A stretch of 60,183 nt of DNA, filler included. It is 3 parts of 3 records of this genome, joined end to end, with 100 filler letters (N's around TTAATTAATTAA, not from the genome) between each part and the next. Parts side by side here need not be neighbours in the genome. Positions count along the whole stretch, not along the records: positions 1 to 30,931 come from SRR22947725_231; positions 31,032 to 44,338 come from SRR22947725_242; 1 more part is not named here. One strand, given 5' to 3'. Each line of letters begins with the position of its first letter. Positions within the stretch are counted from its first letter, which is position 1. The notes beneath the pieces are model-generated. The model was not told the DNA's origin and searched no databases. It worked only from the letters and a program-made list of their open reading frames with translations. Shown piece by piece: positions 19,602 to 31,995 of the stretch. The position numbers and the translations under genes were made by a program.

Positions 19602-22600
19602 ATGCTACCTAAAAAACAAGGACTTTATTCTCCAGAATTTGAACATGACAATTGTGGTGCAGGATTTATATGTAGTCTTAAAGGAGAAAAGACTAATAAT
19701 ATAATTCCAAAAGCACTTAACATTCTTACATGTTTAGAACATCGTGGCGCGGTAAGTTCTGATGGAAAAACTGGAGACGGGGCTGGGATATTAATTGAAA
19801 TTCCTCACGATTATTTTGTAAAAGAATGTGATTTTAAATTACCAAAGCCTTATGATTACGCTGTTGGCATGGTTTTTTTACCCCAAAAAATTAATCAATT
19901 AAATTATTGTGTTGATGTATTTGAAAAAGAAATTCAAAAACAAGGTTTAAATATTTTAGGTTGGAGAAATGTTCCGATCAACTCTAAAGTAGTTGGTTCT
20001 ATCGCAGCTAAAACTCAACCTGTGGTTAAACAAGTTTTTATTGAAAAAGATAATACATTATCCGAGACAGATTTTAACACTAAACTTTATATTTCTAGAA
20101 AAATTGCTGAAAACGAAATTTATAATAGTCCCCTTTCTCAAAAAAATTATTTTTATTTTTCAAGCCTTCACAATCGAACTTTAATTTATAAGGGTTTGCT
20201 TATTCCTGAAGATATTGATAGGTTTTATTTAGATTTAAAAGATCCTGATCTTGTAACAAGATTAGCTTTAGTTCATCAAAGATTCTCGACAAATACTTTT
20301 CCTACATGGGATTTAGCCCAACCTTTTAGATACATGTGTCACAATGGAGAAATAAATACAATAAAGGGTAATGTAACTAGAATGAATGCTAGGGAAGAAT
20401 TGATGAAAAATGACTTTATTGGAAAGGACTTAGAAAAAATATTTCCAACAATTTTAAAAGGAAAGTCTGATTCAGCTCAAATGGATATGGTAGTAGAATT
20501 ATTATTAACAACTGGAAGATCTCTTCCAGAGGTTATGATGATGATGGTTCCTGAAGCTTGGGAAAAACACAAATCTATGTCTGATGACAAAAAAGCGTTC
20601 TACGAATTTAATTCAAGCATAATGGAACCTTGGGATGGTCCAGCATCTATTCCATTTACTGATGGTAAGTATATTGGTGCTCTACTTGACAGAAATGGAT
20701 TAAGACCCTCAAGATATACAGTAACAAAAGACGGATACGTAGTGATGTCCTCTGAAACAGGAGTAGTTGAAATTAAGCCAGAAAATATTGAATCTCATGG
20801 TAGACTAGAACCCGGAAAAATGTTCTTAGTCGACATGAGCGAAGGAAGAATTATTGAAGATGAAGAGATTAAAAATAGTATTGTATCTAAACATCCATAT
20901 AGAAAATGGGTAAATGACAATGTTCTTCCTCTTAAAGATGTCCCATACACTGGAAATAAAACTCCATATGAGAAATTAGATTTTGAAACAAGATTAAGGA
21001 TTTTTGGATACACTCAAGAAGATCTCAAAACCTTAATATTGCCAATGTGTACATCTGGAAAGGAAGCAATTGGTTCAATGGGTACAGACACCCCGCTTGC
21101 TGTTCTCTCAACAAAACCACAATTATTATTTAATTACTTTAAACAATTATTTGCTCAAGTTACTAACCCACCGCTTGATGGCATTAGAGAAGAAATTGTC
21201 ACTGATACCGGACTTGGAATTGGAAGCGATTTCAATATTTTTGATATAGTACCTGATCACTGTAAAAAATTAAAAATAAATAATCCCATTATTTCTAATG
21301 AAGATTTAGACAAAATAAGGTTTATTAAAAACAAAAATTTTAAAACTGCTTCAGTGAGTGCTTTATACGACGTAATAAAAGGTCACAACGGAATTGAAGA
21401 AGCTTTAGATAAAATGGTTAAAGATGTTAATTCATATGTTGATCAAGGTTATAACATTATAATTATAAGTGACCGTGGAGTTTCTAAAGACAAGGGTGCT
21501 ATTCCTATACTTTTAGCTTGTTCAAATGTTCATCATGTTTTAATGAAAGCTAAAAAAAGATCTAAATTTGGAATTGTAATTGAATCATCTGAACCAAGGG
21601 AACCTCATCACTTTTCCATGCTATTCGGTTACGGAGCTAGTGCGATTAATCCATATTTAGTTAACGAAATTATAGAACATCATCATAAAAATGATTTTTT
21701 TGGTAAACAATCTTTAAAAGACTCAATTAACAATTACAATAAAGCTATTGATAAAGGGATTCTGAAAGTAATGAACAAAATTGGGATTTCAACTCTTCAC
21801 TCATACAGAGGGGCTCAAATATTTGAAGCTTTAGGTCTAAGGGAAAGTTTTACTGAAAAATATTTTTCAAATACACCAACAAGAATTGAAGGTATTGGTC
21901 TTTACAGTCTAGAAAAAGAACTTTCATCTAGACATTTAGAAGCCTTTACAGATAAAAATAAATTTGTTAGTTTAGAAATTGGAGGTAATTACAGATGGAG
22001 AAGAAATGGAGAAGCTCACATGTTAAATCCATCAACAATTTCAAAGCTTCAGCAAGCTGTAAAAGAAGATAAATACGATACTTATAAAGTATACTCTGAT
22101 TTAATTAATAAGCAAAGTAAGCAATTAATGACATTAAGAGGAATGTTCAAACTTGTTGATTTTGATCCTATTCCAATTGAAGAAGTAGAGCCTTGGACTG
22201 AAATTGTAAAAAGATTTAAAACTGGTGCAATGTCTTACGGATCTATTAGTAAAGAAGCACACGAAAACCTTGCAATTGCAATGAACAGTATTGGTGGCAA
22301 AAGTAACTCTGGAGAAGGCGGTGAGGATTCAAATAGGTTTAAAAAAGAGAAAAACGGTGTTTGGAAAAATAGTGCTATAAAACAAGTTGCCTCTGGTAGA
22401 TTTGGAGTAAGCTCACACTATTTAAGTACAGCAAAAGAGATTCAAATAAAGATGGCTCAAGGTGCCAAGCCTGGTGAAGGAGGACAATTACCAGGTCCTA
22501 AAGTAAATCCTATGATTGCTGAAGTTAGAAATTCAACTCCCTACGTTGGATTAATTTCCCCACCGCCCCATCACGATATTTATTCTATTGAAGATTTATC

Positions 22601-24101
22601 TCAATTAATTTACGATTTAAAAAATGCCAACAGAGAAGCAAGAATTAATGTAAAATTAGTTTCTGAAGTTGGTGTAGGTACTATTGCAGCTGGTGTTGCA
22701 AAAGCAAAAGCTGACGTAATATTAATTTCTGGTTTTGATGGTGGTACAGGTGCATCTCCACTCACTTCATTAAAACATGCTGGTTTACCATGGGAATTAG
22801 GAATTGCTGAAGCACAACAAACTTTAGTAATGAACAATCTTAGGGGAAGAGTCGTTATGGAGTGTGATGGTCAACTTAAAACAGGAAGAGATGTTGCTAT
22901 CGCCTGTTTATTAGGAGCTGAAGAGTTTGGATTCTCAACCGCTCCCCTAGTTGCATCAGGTTGTATTATGATGAGAGCTTGCCACTTAAACACATGTCCT
23001 GTTGGAATTGCTACTCAAGATCCTGAACTAAGGAAAAACTTTAAAGGAAAACCTGAACACGTAATCAATTTCATGTATTTTGTTGCACAGGAATTAAGAG
23101 AAATTATGTCTCAACTTGGATTTAGAACAGTTGATGAAATGGTTGGACAAAGTCAGAAAATTAATATGGAAGATGCTGTAAAGAATTATAAAACAAAAGG
23201 AATTAATCTATCAAAAATCTTGTACAAGCCAAATGTTCCTGAAAATACGCCTTTAAAAAACAATACTAAACAAGATCATAATTTAGAAAACGTATTAGAT
23301 TTCACCATATTAAAGGAGGCAAAGTTAGCAATTGAAAAAAAGGTTAAAATGAATCTTTATTATGAAATTAAAAATACAGACAGAACTGTAGGTACTATAG
23401 TAAGTAATGAAATTTCAAAATTATATGGTGCAAAAGGTCTTCCAAAAGATACTTTAGAAATTAATTTTAAAGGTGCTGCTGGACAAAGTTTTGGTGCTTT
23501 TGGTGCTCCTGGGCTAACATTGACAGTCAGTGGTAATACTAACGATTATTTTGGAAAGGGTCTTTCGGGATCTAAAATCATTGTAAAAATTCCAAAGGAA
23601 GCTAGTTTTAAATCTGAGGAAAATGTAATTACTGGAAACGTAGCTTTGTATGGAGCTACAGCTGGCGAGGCTTATATAAATGGTATAGCTGGAGAAAGAT
23701 TTTGTGTTAGAAATTCTGGGGCAATTGCAGTAGTAGAAGGAGTTGGAGATCATGGGTGTGAATATATGACTGGAGGAACTGCTATTATTCTTGGCGATAT
23801 TGGAAGAAATTTTGCAGCTGGAATGAGCGGAGGGGTAGCTTATATTTACAAATCTACAAAGTTTGATAAAAGAAATTTTAACTCAGAAATGATAGAATTT
23901 GAAAACCCTTCTAATCAAGACTTAGATTTAGTCAAAAAATTAATCGAAAATCATTTTACATTCACATCCAGTAAAATAGCAGAAAGATTTTTAAATAATT
24001 GGGATAAAGAATCTAAAAACTTTATAAAAATAATGCCAACCGAATATAAATTAGCTCTTGAAAAAATGGCAAAAGAAAAAATTACAGAAATAATTAAATA
24101 G
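19602..24101 (+). CDS. gltB: Glutamate synthase large subunit
   Basis: HDNCG Ntn site, [29 protein letters not shown] 3Fe-4S motif, GXGXG domain. Confidence 0.98.
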   Translation: MLPKKQGLYSPEFEHDNCGAGFICSLKGEKTNNIIPKALNILTCLEHRGAVSSDGKTGDGAGILIEIPHDYFVKECDFKLPKPYDYAVGMVFLPQKINQLNYCVDVFEKEIQKQGLNILGWRNVPINSKVVGSIAAKTQPVVKQVFIEKDNTLSETDFNTKLYISRKIAENEIYNSPLSQKNYFYFSSLHNRTLIYKGLLIPEDIDRFYLDLKDPDLVTRLALVHQRFSTNTFPTWDLAQPFRYMCHNGEINTIKGNVTRMNAREELMKNDFIGKDLEKIFPTILKGKSDSAQMDMVVELLLTTGRSLPEVMMMMVPEAWEKHKSMSDDKKAFYEFNSSIMEPWDGPASIPFTDGKYIGALLDRNGLRPSRYTVTKDGYVVMSSETGVVEIKPENIESHGRLEPGKMFLVDMSEGRIIEDEEIKNSIVSKHPYRKWVNDNVLPLKDVPYTGNKTPYEKLDFETRLRIFGYTQEDLKTLILPMCTSGKEAIGSMGTDTPLAVLSTKPQLLFNYFKQLFAQVTNPPLDGIREEIVTDTGLGIGSDFNIFDIVPDHCKKLKINNPIISNEDLDKIRFIKNKNFKTASVSALYDVIKGHNGIEEALDKMVKDVNSYVDQGYNIIIISDRGVSKDKGAIPILLACSNVHHVLMKAKKRSKFGIVIESSEPREPHHFSMLFGYGASAINPYLVNEIIEHHHKNDFFGKQSLKDSINNYNKAIDKGILKVMNKIGISTLHSYRGAQIFEALGLRESFTEKYFSNTPTRIEGIGLYSLEKELSSRHLEAFTDKNKFVSLEIGGNYRWRRNGEAHMLNPSTISKLQQAVKEDKYDTYKVYSDLINKQSKQLMTLRGMFKLVDFDPIPIEEVEPWTEIVKRFKTGAMSYGSISKEAHENLAIAMNSIGGKSNSGEGGEDSNRFKKEKNGVWKNSAIKQVASGRFGVSSHYLSTAKEIQIKMAQGAKPGEGGQLPGPKVNPMIAEVRNSTPYVGLISPPPHHDIYSIEDLSQLIYDLKNANREARINVKLVSEVGVGTIAAGVAKAKADVILISGFDGGTGASPLTSLKHAGLPWELGIAEAQQTLVMNNLRGRVVMECDGQLKTGRDVAIACLLGAEEFGFSTAPLVASGCIMMRACHLNTCPVGIATQDPELRKNFKGKPEHVINFMYFVAQELREIMSQLGFRTVDEMVGQSQKINMEDAVKNYKTKGINLSKILYKPNVPENTPLKNNTKQDHNLENVLDFTILKEAKLAIEKKVKMNLYYEIKNTDRTVGTIVSNEISKLYGAKGLPKDTLEINFKGAAGQSFGAFGAPGLTLTVSGNTNDYFGKGLSGSKIIVKIPKEASFKSEENVITGNVALYGATAGEAYINGIAGERFCVRNSGAIAVVEGVGDHGCEYMTGGTAIILGDIGRNFAAGMSGGVAYIYKSTKFDKRNFNSEMIEFENPSNQDLDLVKKLIENHFTFTSSKIAERFLNNWDKESKNFIKIMPTEYKLALEKMAKEKITEIIK

Positions 24102-24106
24102 TTGCT

Positions 24107-25564
24107 ATGGGTAAATTAAAAGGTTTTATAGAATTCGACAGAACTGAAGAAGGATTAGTTCCTGTAAAAAAGAGAGTTAAAAATTATAATGAGTTTACTT
24201 TAAAACCCTCTGACAAAAAATTAAAAGAACAAAGTGGAAGATGTATGGATTGTGGTGTTCCGTTTTGCCATAGCGGTTGTCCATTAGGAAATTTAATTCC
24301 AGATTTTAATGATGCAGTATACAACAATGAATGGGAAAAAGCTTTGTACATATTACATTCGACTAATAATTTTCCTGAATTTACAGGGAGGCTTTGTCCC
24401 GCACCCTGTGAAGCAGCGTGTGTATTAGGAATTATCAATCCACCGGTTTCTATCGAAATGATTGAAAAATATATAGTTGAAAGAGGTTTTGAAGAAGGAT
24501 GGATAAAAGCTAATCCTCCTTTAAATAGGACTGGAAAAAAAGTCGCAGTTGTTGGATCTGGTCCAGCTGGATTGGCAGCGGCTCAACAATTAAATAAAGC
24601 TGGTCACTCTGTTGATGTATATGAAAGAGATTCTAAAATTGGTGGTTTATTAAGATATGGAATTCCTGATTTTAAGATGGAAAAAAACATTATTGATCGA
24701 AGACTATCTATTCTTGAAGAAGAGGGAATTAATTTTTTTACTAACAAAGAAGTTGGGAAAAACTATTCTGTTAATAATTTAAAAAAATACGATTCAATTG
24801 TACTTTGTGGTGGAGCAACGATTAAAAGAAACTTGCCAATAAAAGGATCTGATTTAAAGGGTGTCAAGCAAGCTATGGATTTTTTAAAGCTTCAAAATGA
24901 AGTTGTTGACGGCTTAAATAAAACTACTGAACCTTTAAATGCGAAAGATAAAAATGTCATAGTTATTGGTGGTGGTGATACTGGATCAGATTGTATTGGA
25001 ACTTCTAATCGTCAGGAAGCTAAATCTGTAACAAATTTTGAGATAATGTCAAAACCAAACGAGAACAGAACAGATGAAAACCCTTGGCCATATTGGCCAT
25101 TTAAGCTTAAAACAACTTCATCACATGAAGAAGGTATTCATAGAGAATGGAGTATACTTACAAAAGAATTTATTGGTGATGAAAACGGAAAAGTAAAAAG
25201 TCTTAAAACAGTTGAAGTTGAATGGATTAAAAAAGAAGGTGAGAGACCCCAACTAAAAGAAATTTCAGGATCAGAAAAATTATGGCCTTGTGATTTAGCA
25301 TTACTGGCTTTAGGTTTTACTGGTCACGAACCTGATTTAATTGATAAACTAAATTTAGAAACTAATATTAGTAATCAGATAGTAACTAATAATTATCAAA
25401 CTAGTGTTTCTAATATATTTTCAGCTGGTGATATGAGAAGAGGACAATCTTTAATTGTTTGGGCAATTTCTGAGGGAAGAGAAGCTGCTTACCAGGTTGA
25501 TAAATATCTAATGGGACATTCTGAGTTAGAAACTAAAGAAAAAGGTGATTTACCAACTGTATAA
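24107..25564 (+). CDS. gltD: Glutamate synthase small subunit
   Basis: RCMDCGVPFC, GSGPAG, GGGDTG, AGDMRRGQSL. Confidence 0.98.
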   Translation: MGKLKGFIEFDRTEEGLVPVKKRVKNYNEFTLKPSDKKLKEQSGRCMDCGVPFCHSGCPLGNLIPDFNDAVYNNEWEKALYILHSTNNFPEFTGRLCPAPCEAACVLGIINPPVSIEMIEKYIVERGFEEGWIKANPPLNRTGKKVAVVGSGPAGLAAAQQLNKAGHSVDVYERDSKIGGLLRYGIPDFKMEKNIIDRRLSILEEEGINFFTNKEVGKNYSVNNLKKYDSIVLCGGATIKRNLPIKGSDLKGVKQAMDFLKLQNEVVDGLNKTTEPLNAKDKNVIVIGGGDTGSDCIGTSNRQEAKSVTNFEIMSKPNENRTDENPWPYWPFKLKTTSSHEEGIHREWSILTKEFIGDENGKVKSLKTVEVEWIKKEGERPQLKEISGSEKLWPCDLALLALGFTGHEPDLIDKLNLETNISNQIVTNNYQTSVSNIFSAGDMRRGQSLIVWAISEGREAAYQVDKYLMGHSELETKEKGDLPTV

Positions 25565-25571
25565 GTTGGAT

Positions 25572-27494
25572 TTAATTAAAAAAATTCCAAACTAGTCCAA
25601 ATCTTATTATAAAATCTCTGTAAGGGTAAGATGGTGAGGAATAAAAGTTGTTTCCTGTTGTTGTTGAATTTATATGTTCTGCTTTTAAATATAATCTTGT
25701 TTGTTGGATTTTAGCATTAACAAAAACATCTATCATAGGAAATCCTCCAATTTGCTTTTCAGACTGAATATGAAATGAACTGACTAAAGGATTATATTCG
25801 TTGGCATGGAATTTTGAAAAATATTTAAATGAGATACCTGCTTGAAGAAACATTGCCTTATTAAAAACATTGTTTGAGTAATAAAAAGTATTTCGTGTAA
25901 TAAGGTCGGGTAAATTTAAAACTTTTTTGTCCTGATTTACTGATTGATAAATAAAAGAGTTGTCTAAAGCAAATTTTCCAAATTTAAATTCTTTTTGCCA
26001 TTTAAATTTCAAATACTTTATAGAATTTAAATATTGACTAACATTAGGAATTAAATTAGTATCCCCTTCATTGTTTATTGAATTGTTATTTAATAATTCA
26101 AAATAGGTTAAATTATCAATCAAACGGTAATCTAAACTTAAAGATCCAAATGAATTGGAATTTAATTTGAAAAATAAATTTTTAATCTCCAACAAATTCA
26201 ATTCTTTTTGCCATCCAACATCATTGTAAGCGCTGTCAAATAACTCAAAATTAAAACCAGGATGCTTGGTTAAAATATTTAATCCAAGTGAATAATTAAT
26301 ATTTGAAGTATATTCTGAATCAAGGGTGAAATTTAAAAGATCTCCTAATCTACTTCCAAACAAATTTTTAGAAAATTTTGCACTTACATTATGATTAAAA
26401 ATTGATTTTTTTAAAGAAAAAGAAAGTGAATTTTCATTTTCTTTAAATCCATTATAATTATCACTTAGAGCGTTTGTTTTATAATTGTAATTATAATTTA
26501 AATAAGAGACCATTACATTTCCAAAAAAATTTGACTTTAAACTTGTATAAAAAACATTAGTTATTGTCTTAAGTTCGGTCTTATCACTAATTGAATTTGT
26601 AGCTGTTCCGTAATAATCACTCGATTCAGTTTGTTCAAAAGAGTTATACATAGTTTCGTATTCGAAAACATGACCCAAAGAAAAAGTATTTGATTTTTTT
26701 AATTTGAACAATAATATATTCTGGTCAAAGAAATATCTTTTATTTAAAAAGTGACTAGTCGCGTTTTCAAATTTTACCGAAAGTTTTGATCTTTCCGAAA
26801 ATAAATTATCCTCAGATTCAAAATTAAGAATAGATGCATTTGTTAATCCACCATTCTCTCTGTTCTCTAAATTTTGACTTACATAATGTGTCCTTAAACT
26901 ATAATTTTCATTTTTAGATTTATAGTTTGAAGAAAAAACAAATTGCTTTAAACCTGATAATATATTTTGATAATTACCTAATGATCTCATTCCTTTAAAA
27001 CCAATTGAAAAGTTAAAATTTTCTGACGTATTTGTTGAAAATAACACATCGGTAAATTGACCTTGTTTCATAACTGATTTAAATAACAGTTCAGTTAATG
27101 GCGTAGGGACGTAATAATAGTTAACATCGCTAGATTTTAAATATATGTCTTGCTTTGAATTAAAACTAAAAACCGGTAAAGAGGAGTTTTGAAAATTTGA
27201 TGTAAGTGAATTATAAGTTTGACCTAAATTTGAAAACTTTAATTTTTCAAAATTATCATTTCTTAAAAAGTTAAATCTATAAAATTTTTTTATTGTTAAT
27301 GAGGTATCAACATATGTTGTGTCACTATGGTTTTTAAAAATCAAATACTGCTTGATTGAAGCTAAATTTTTTCCAGCTACTGAATCTTTTTCAAGTCCAA
27401 CAGAGTTTTTAAAAGAGTCAATTATATTTAAATCCTGACAAAGCGAAGTGTTGACTGAAAATATTAATATTAAAAAAAAGTAATAAAACTTCAT
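25572..27494 (-). CDS. Putative outer-membrane porin (Bacteroidota Porin_10-like)
   Basis: Signal peptide from ATG 27494, ENGG motif, beta-strand-rich, C-terminal RFGLVWNFFN. Confidence 0.8.
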   Translation of the reverse strand: MKFYYFFLILIFSVNTSLCQDLNIIDSFKNSVGLEKDSVAGKNLASIKQYLIFKNHSDTTYVDTSLTIKKFYRFNFLRNDNFEKLKFSNLGQTYNSLTSNFQNSSLPVFSFNSKQDIYLKSSDVNYYYVPTPLTELLFKSVMKQGQFTDVLFSTNTSENFNFSIGFKGMRSLGNYQNILSGLKQFVFSSNYKSKNENYSLRTHYVSQNLENRENGGLTNASILNFESEDNLFSERSKLSVKFENATSHFLNKRYFFDQNILLFKLKKSNTFSLGHVFEYETMYNSFEQTESSDYYGTATNSISDKTELKTITNVFYTSLKSNFFGNVMVSYLNYNYNYKTNALSDNYNGFKENENSLSFSLKKSIFNHNVSAKFSKNLFGSRLGDLLNFTLDSEYTSNINYSLGLNILTKHPGFNFELFDSAYNDVGWQKELNLLEIKNLFFKLNSNSFGSLSLDYRLIDNLTYFELLNNNSINNEGDTNLIPNVSQYLNSIKYLKFKWQKEFKFGKFALDNSFIYQSVNQDKKVLNLPDLITRNTFYYSNNVFNKAMFLQAGISFKYFSKFHANEYNPLVSSFHIQSEKQIGGFPMIDVFVNAKIQQTRLYLKAEHINSTTTGNNFYSSPSYPYRDFIIRFGLVWNFFN

Positions 27495-27573
27495 TCTTTG
27501 TATTTGAATCAAAGTTATTCATTTCATTTCATTTATTATTTTAATTATTTCTTAAATTTAAATAAAGTCATTT

Positions 27574-28146
27574 ATGTTAATTAATTCATATTCAAAACTT
27601 ATTGAATGCGGAACAGATGAAGCTGGAAGAGGGTGTTTGGCTGGTCCAGTCACAGCGGCAGCAGTAATATTACCAAATGATTTTAGAAACACAGAACTAA
27701 ATGATTCAAAAAAGCTATCGGAATCAAAAAGAAATGATTTAAAAAAAATAATTATTGAAAAGGCAATAGATTATTCAATAGTTCACATTCCTGAACAAGT
27801 AATTGAAAAAATCAATATTTTAAATGCTTCAATTTTAGCAATGAATACAGCTATTGAAAATTTAAAAATCGTTCCTGAATTTATAATTGTAGATGGCAAT
27901 AAATTTAATACTAAAAATAAAATACCTTTTAAATGTATAATAAAAGGCGATTCAAAGTACATGAGTATAGCTGCTGCTTCAATACTTGCAAAAACATCAA
28001 GAGATGAATTAATGTTTTCACTATCGAAAAAATTTCCATTGTATCAATGGAACAAAAATAAAGGTTATCCAACTAAAAAACATAGAATAGCTATATCAAA
28101 ATATGGTATAACTAAACATCATAGAAAAAAATTTAAGTTGTTATAA
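27574..28146 (+). CDS. rnhB: Ribonuclease HII
   Basis: [34 protein letters not shown]. Confidence 0.96.
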   Translation: MLINSYSKLIECGTDEAGRGCLAGPVTAAAVILPNDFRNTELNDSKKLSESKRNDLKKIIIEKAIDYSIVHIPEQVIEKINILNASILAMNTAIENLKIVPEFIIVDGNKFNTKNKIPFKCIIKGDSKYMSIAAASILAKTSRDELMFSLSKKFPLYQWNKNKGYPTKKHRIAISKYGITKHHRKKFKLL

Positions 28147-28185
28147 AATAAAATAATTGTTCATTACTTTTACTACACGATTTAT

Positions 28186-30549
28186 ATGAAAAATAAAATA
28201 TTCTTACTACTGACATTAATATTTATAGGATGTCAAAATGAAAAGAAATACAATAGTTTAATAGACCTAGTTCCATCCAATCCGTTAATACTTATCAAAT
28301 ATAAATCGAGCAGTAATGCTCAAAAATTTAATCAAATTTTTAATAATCTTATTAATATAAAAATTGATTCAGTTTTGACAAGTTATGAAAAAGATGAGGT
28401 ACTAATCAGCTATCACAAAATAGGTAAAAAAAGTATTGTTCCAATTTACTTCACCAGTTCAGAAAATAAAAAAATAGAGTCTAAAGTAGTAATTGATTCA
28501 ATCTTATACGATGGTTCTATTATTAAAAGAATTGGAACTGAGAAAAAATATAAATTCGTAACCAAAAAAAACAATGTTACCATTGAATCTGAAAGTAAAT
28601 TACTTGTTGAAAACACGATTAGAAAATCCAATCATGTTTTTAAAGAAAAGGTTAGTGATTTAAAAAAACTTTATAATATTTCAAATTCAAAAATTGCACT
28701 TTTCATCTCAAATGATTTTAAAAATTATATTGAAAATAAAGAGCTTTTTAGTTTATTTAATATTAATAAATTATCAAATTGGATTCAATACGATATTGAT
28801 TTAAATCAAAATGGAATAACGTTAAATGGTTTAGCTTTTCAAAATGATTCAATTCCTAAAGAAATATCTTATTTAAATGGAATAAAACCAAGTAAAAGTA
28901 ATTTTATCAATATAATTCCCAATAACTTTTCTGATTTTCAAAGAACTAGTTTTAACTATTATAAATATCTGGAAAATTTTGAAAAAAACGAATCAATAAA
29001 AAAAATAAATGAATTTAAAAAGGACTCTATTTTATTTGAAATTGATGAATTTGGACTTTTAAAAAATAAACTTGATTCGATAATACTCGTTAATTTTGAA
29101 GATAAATTATTTTTAAATAATGAGATTTTAAAGAATAGTGAAAACAACTATAGTTATAGAGATATTAAAATACATAAATTAAGAAATCAAATAATTGATT
29201 ACCAACATTTGAAATTTATTAATTATAAATTGAAACAAAACTATGCTAGTATTATTGAAAATAAACTAGTAATAAGTAATTCCAAAAATAGTTTGGAAAA
29301 AATAATTATAAATATTTCAAACTCGTCAACTATCAAAAATGAAAATAAGTTTAGCCAATCATTTGAAAATATTCCGGAAAAAAGTAATTATTTAAAAGTT
29401 TACAACTTAAAAAACTCTAAAGAGAAAACTTTAGAATCATTGAATATTTCAAATAAAAAATTCCCGTTCATGATTAATCATACTAGATTAGATGATAATA
29501 TAGTTTACAATTCATTTAGTGTTATAAAATCGATTGAAGAAAATAAAAAAAATGGAATAAACTTAGATTATAGTTTTAAAACTGATAACCCAATAAACTT
29601 AACTCCCAAATTTGTCACGAATTATGTAACAAAGAAAAATGAAATAATAACACAGGACATAAATAATATTTTGTACCTAATATCATTGGATGGAAAATTA
29701 ATTTGGAAAGAAAATATAGGCTCTAAAATTATTGGAGAAATTCATCAGATTGATCTTTACAAAAATGGCAGATTGCAATATGCATTTAACACAGACAGTG
29801 ATTTTCAAATAATAGATAAAAATGGAAATCAGGTTAAAAAAATAAAAAATAAAAACACTTTAGGCTTGACTGTCTTTGATTACGATAAATTAAAAAATTA
29901 CAGATTCTTATTATTTGATAATGAAATTAAAATATTAGATTCCAAAATGAAGAATGTTAAAGGATTTATCAAGAAAAATATTATTGGTATTCAAAAAAAC
30001 AATCCAAAACATTTTAGAATTGGTAAAAAAGATTATTTAATATTTAACTCTAACAATAAACTTAAGATTACTGATAGAAGAGGTAATATTAGAATTAAAA
30101 ATAATCTTATTAATATTGAAAATGAAATATTTTTAAATCAAAATTCATTTACCACAATTGATTCTAAAAATAATGTTGTAAAAATCAATACAAAAGGAGA
30201 AATTATAAAAAAACCATTGCCATCTGAAAGTAAATATCTCTTTAGTGCAGATAAAAATAATTTAGTTCATATTAGCGAAAATATATTAACAATTAACGGA
30301 AAAGTAAGTGAATTAGAATTTGCTAATTACACTAAGCCAATTATTTTTAATAATAAACTTATCGATAATATTTCTCTAACAGATAAAGATCAAAAACTAA
30401 TATATCTTTTTGACTCAAATTCAAATTTAGTTCCGAATTTTCCAGTATTTGGTTCAAGTAAAATTGATTTGTTTGAAGATAAAAATTCAAGAAAATATAT
30501 TACTTCTGTTGGTGAAAGTGACGAAATACTAGTTTACTCCCTCTACTAA
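28186..30549 (+). CDS. Large hypothetical lipoprotein with predicted C-terminal beta-propeller
   Basis: Lipobox FIGC; C-terminal repeats (LYLISLDGKLIW, IDLYKNGRLQ, FDYDK, NFPVFG). Confidence 0.75.
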   Translation: MKNKIFLLLTLIFIGCQNEKKYNSLIDLVPSNPLILIKYKSSSNAQKFNQIFNNLINIKIDSVLTSYEKDEVLISYHKIGKKSIVPIYFTSSENKKIESKVVIDSILYDGSIIKRIGTEKKYKFVTKKNNVTIESESKLLVENTIRKSNHVFKEKVSDLKKLYNISNSKIALFISNDFKNYIENKELFSLFNINKLSNWIQYDIDLNQNGITLNGLAFQNDSIPKEISYLNGIKPSKSNFINIIPNNFSDFQRTSFNYYKYLENFEKNESIKKINEFKKDSILFEIDEFGLLKNKLDSIILVNFEDKLFLNNEILKNSENNYSYRDIKIHKLRNQIIDYQHLKFINYKLKQNYASIIENKLVISNSKNSLEKIIINISNSSTIKNENKFSQSFENIPEKSNYLKVYNLKNSKEKTLESLNISNKKFPFMINHTRLDDNIVYNSFSVIKSIEENKKNGINLDYSFKTDNPINLTPKFVTNYVTKKNEIITQDINNILYLISLDGKLIWKENIGSKIIGEIHQIDLYKNGRLQYAFNTDSDFQIIDKNGNQVKKIKNKNTLGLTVFDYDKLKNYRFLLFDNEIKILDSKMKNVKGFIKKNIIGIQKNNPKHFRIGKKDYLIFNSNNKLKITDRRGNIRIKNNLINIENEIFLNQNSFTTIDSKNNVVKINTKGEIIKKPLPSESKYLFSADKNNLVHISENILTINGKVSELEFANYTKPIIFNNKLIDNISLTDKDQKLIYLFDSNSNLVPNFPVFGSSKIDLFEDKNSRKYITSVGESDEILVYSLY

Positions 30550-30931
30550 TTTAGCAGAAAATATTTCAATAAAATGTTGTGTTATTATTTTTGTGACTTG
30601 ATTTAAACTGATATTCCTACCTGTCTCTTTTTGAATTGATGTCACAGATTTATTTGAAATTCCACACGGTATAATGTTTTCAAAATAACTTAAATCATTA
30701 TTAACATTGAGAGCTAAACCGTGCATAGTTACCCAACGACTAGCCTTTACACCCATGGCGCATATTTTTCTAGAAAAAACTAAATCTGAATCAATCCAAA
30801 CTCCAGTTTCATTTTGACTTCTTTCAGAAACTATTCCAAAATCATTTAATGTTCTGATTATTGTTTCTTCTAAGAATCTTAAATATTTGTGGATATCAGT
30901 GAAAAAATTATCTAAATCTAATATTGGATAG
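30529..30931 (-). CDS. lipB: Lipoyl(octanoyl) transferase LipB, 5' part beyond the contig end
   Basis: Frame open to the contig end: YPILDLDNFFTDIHKYLR...KICAMGV...HGLALNV...IIPCGI. Confidence 0.93.
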
Positions 30932-31031
30932 NNNNNNNNNNNNNNNNNNNNNNNNNNNNNNNNNNNNNNNNNNNNTTAATTAATTAANNNNNNNNNNNNN
31001 NNNNNNNNNNNNNNNNNNNNNNNNNNNNNNN
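30932..31031. other. Artificial contig spacer
   Basis: 44 N + TTAATTAATTAA (stops in all six frames) + 44 N; base composition changes abruptly across it. Confidence 0.98.
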
Positions 31032-31614
31032 GTGAATGGTGAATGATGGGTGGACGCGAAATGGGAATCAAAAGGCCACCAACGGCCAACCCCACGCCCC
31101 GTCGACTGGCAATGGAGTTTCGGCCTCGGAACCGCGACCTGGCGTTGGCCAGGCCCGCGAGGCTCGAATCTGATTGCAGCCAAATCCTTGAATTCCGCGG
31201 GACCGAGGCAATCTGGTGCTCGAGCCGCCTGCGAAAGATTGTGAAATATGCGAACGGAGAGGCCAGCTGTCCCGGCCAGAGGCCTTTCGCCTCGTCCACA
31301 ACACGGTGCTCGGACGGACGCGTGCACTCGACACATTTCCGACAAGAGCCCCGCAGCTGAGGCGGCGGCGCATGCCCGCGACTCCTCTCAAATGAACTTC
31401 GGTCGGTACCGTGGGTGCCACGAAGACTGCCCAAGGCACCCCCTTGGGAACTCTCCCCAGAGTCCGACGGGAGACTCGACGAGGAGGCGTGTAGGAGTAC
31501 AGACGTGAATGAGCCAGTATTGCACCCTTTCATATCGGAAAGGGAAGGGTGCGCGCCTGGTGCAAAATCTGGGTGCCGTGAAATCCTCGGGTTTCCATTG
31601 GGTACGTGGACCAT
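31032..31614 (-). CDS. Possible 5' portion of an algal gene running off the contig end
   Basis: Minus-strand ORF open from ATG 31614 to the gap; Ser-rich, no recognisable motif. Confidence 0.3.
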
Positions 31615-31995
31615 GGTCTCGACGAGACGTCGACGCGCGCACGACCCACTGACTCGCTGACCCGTTGAACTGGGCTAGTTCGACGCCATCATTACCTGGC
31701 ACGTGCTGTCTACGAAATGTATGTATGCCTGTGGACTGTCTGACTGACTGACGTGGCGCTCCATCGAAGAATTGGAGTTCGGTGCTGCGGGTTCGGTCAC
31801 ACGTGGGACAAATCCGACAGATCACCACCAGTAGGAAAATTCTTTCTTTCCCCCCACATACATACATGCATACATCTTGTGTGATATCTACGTCCGAATG
31901 ATAGGATAACCCGCTCCGTTAGCGCACGGCGCCGCGTGGAAACGTCGTGTTGAACGATTGGTTGGGCCATTCGACTCGAGTCACAGACTGCCACC

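Noticed and set aside
9523..30931. lipA and lipB on the same contig as a dedicated lipoate system
   Set aside because: They are 20 kb apart among unrelated housekeeping genes
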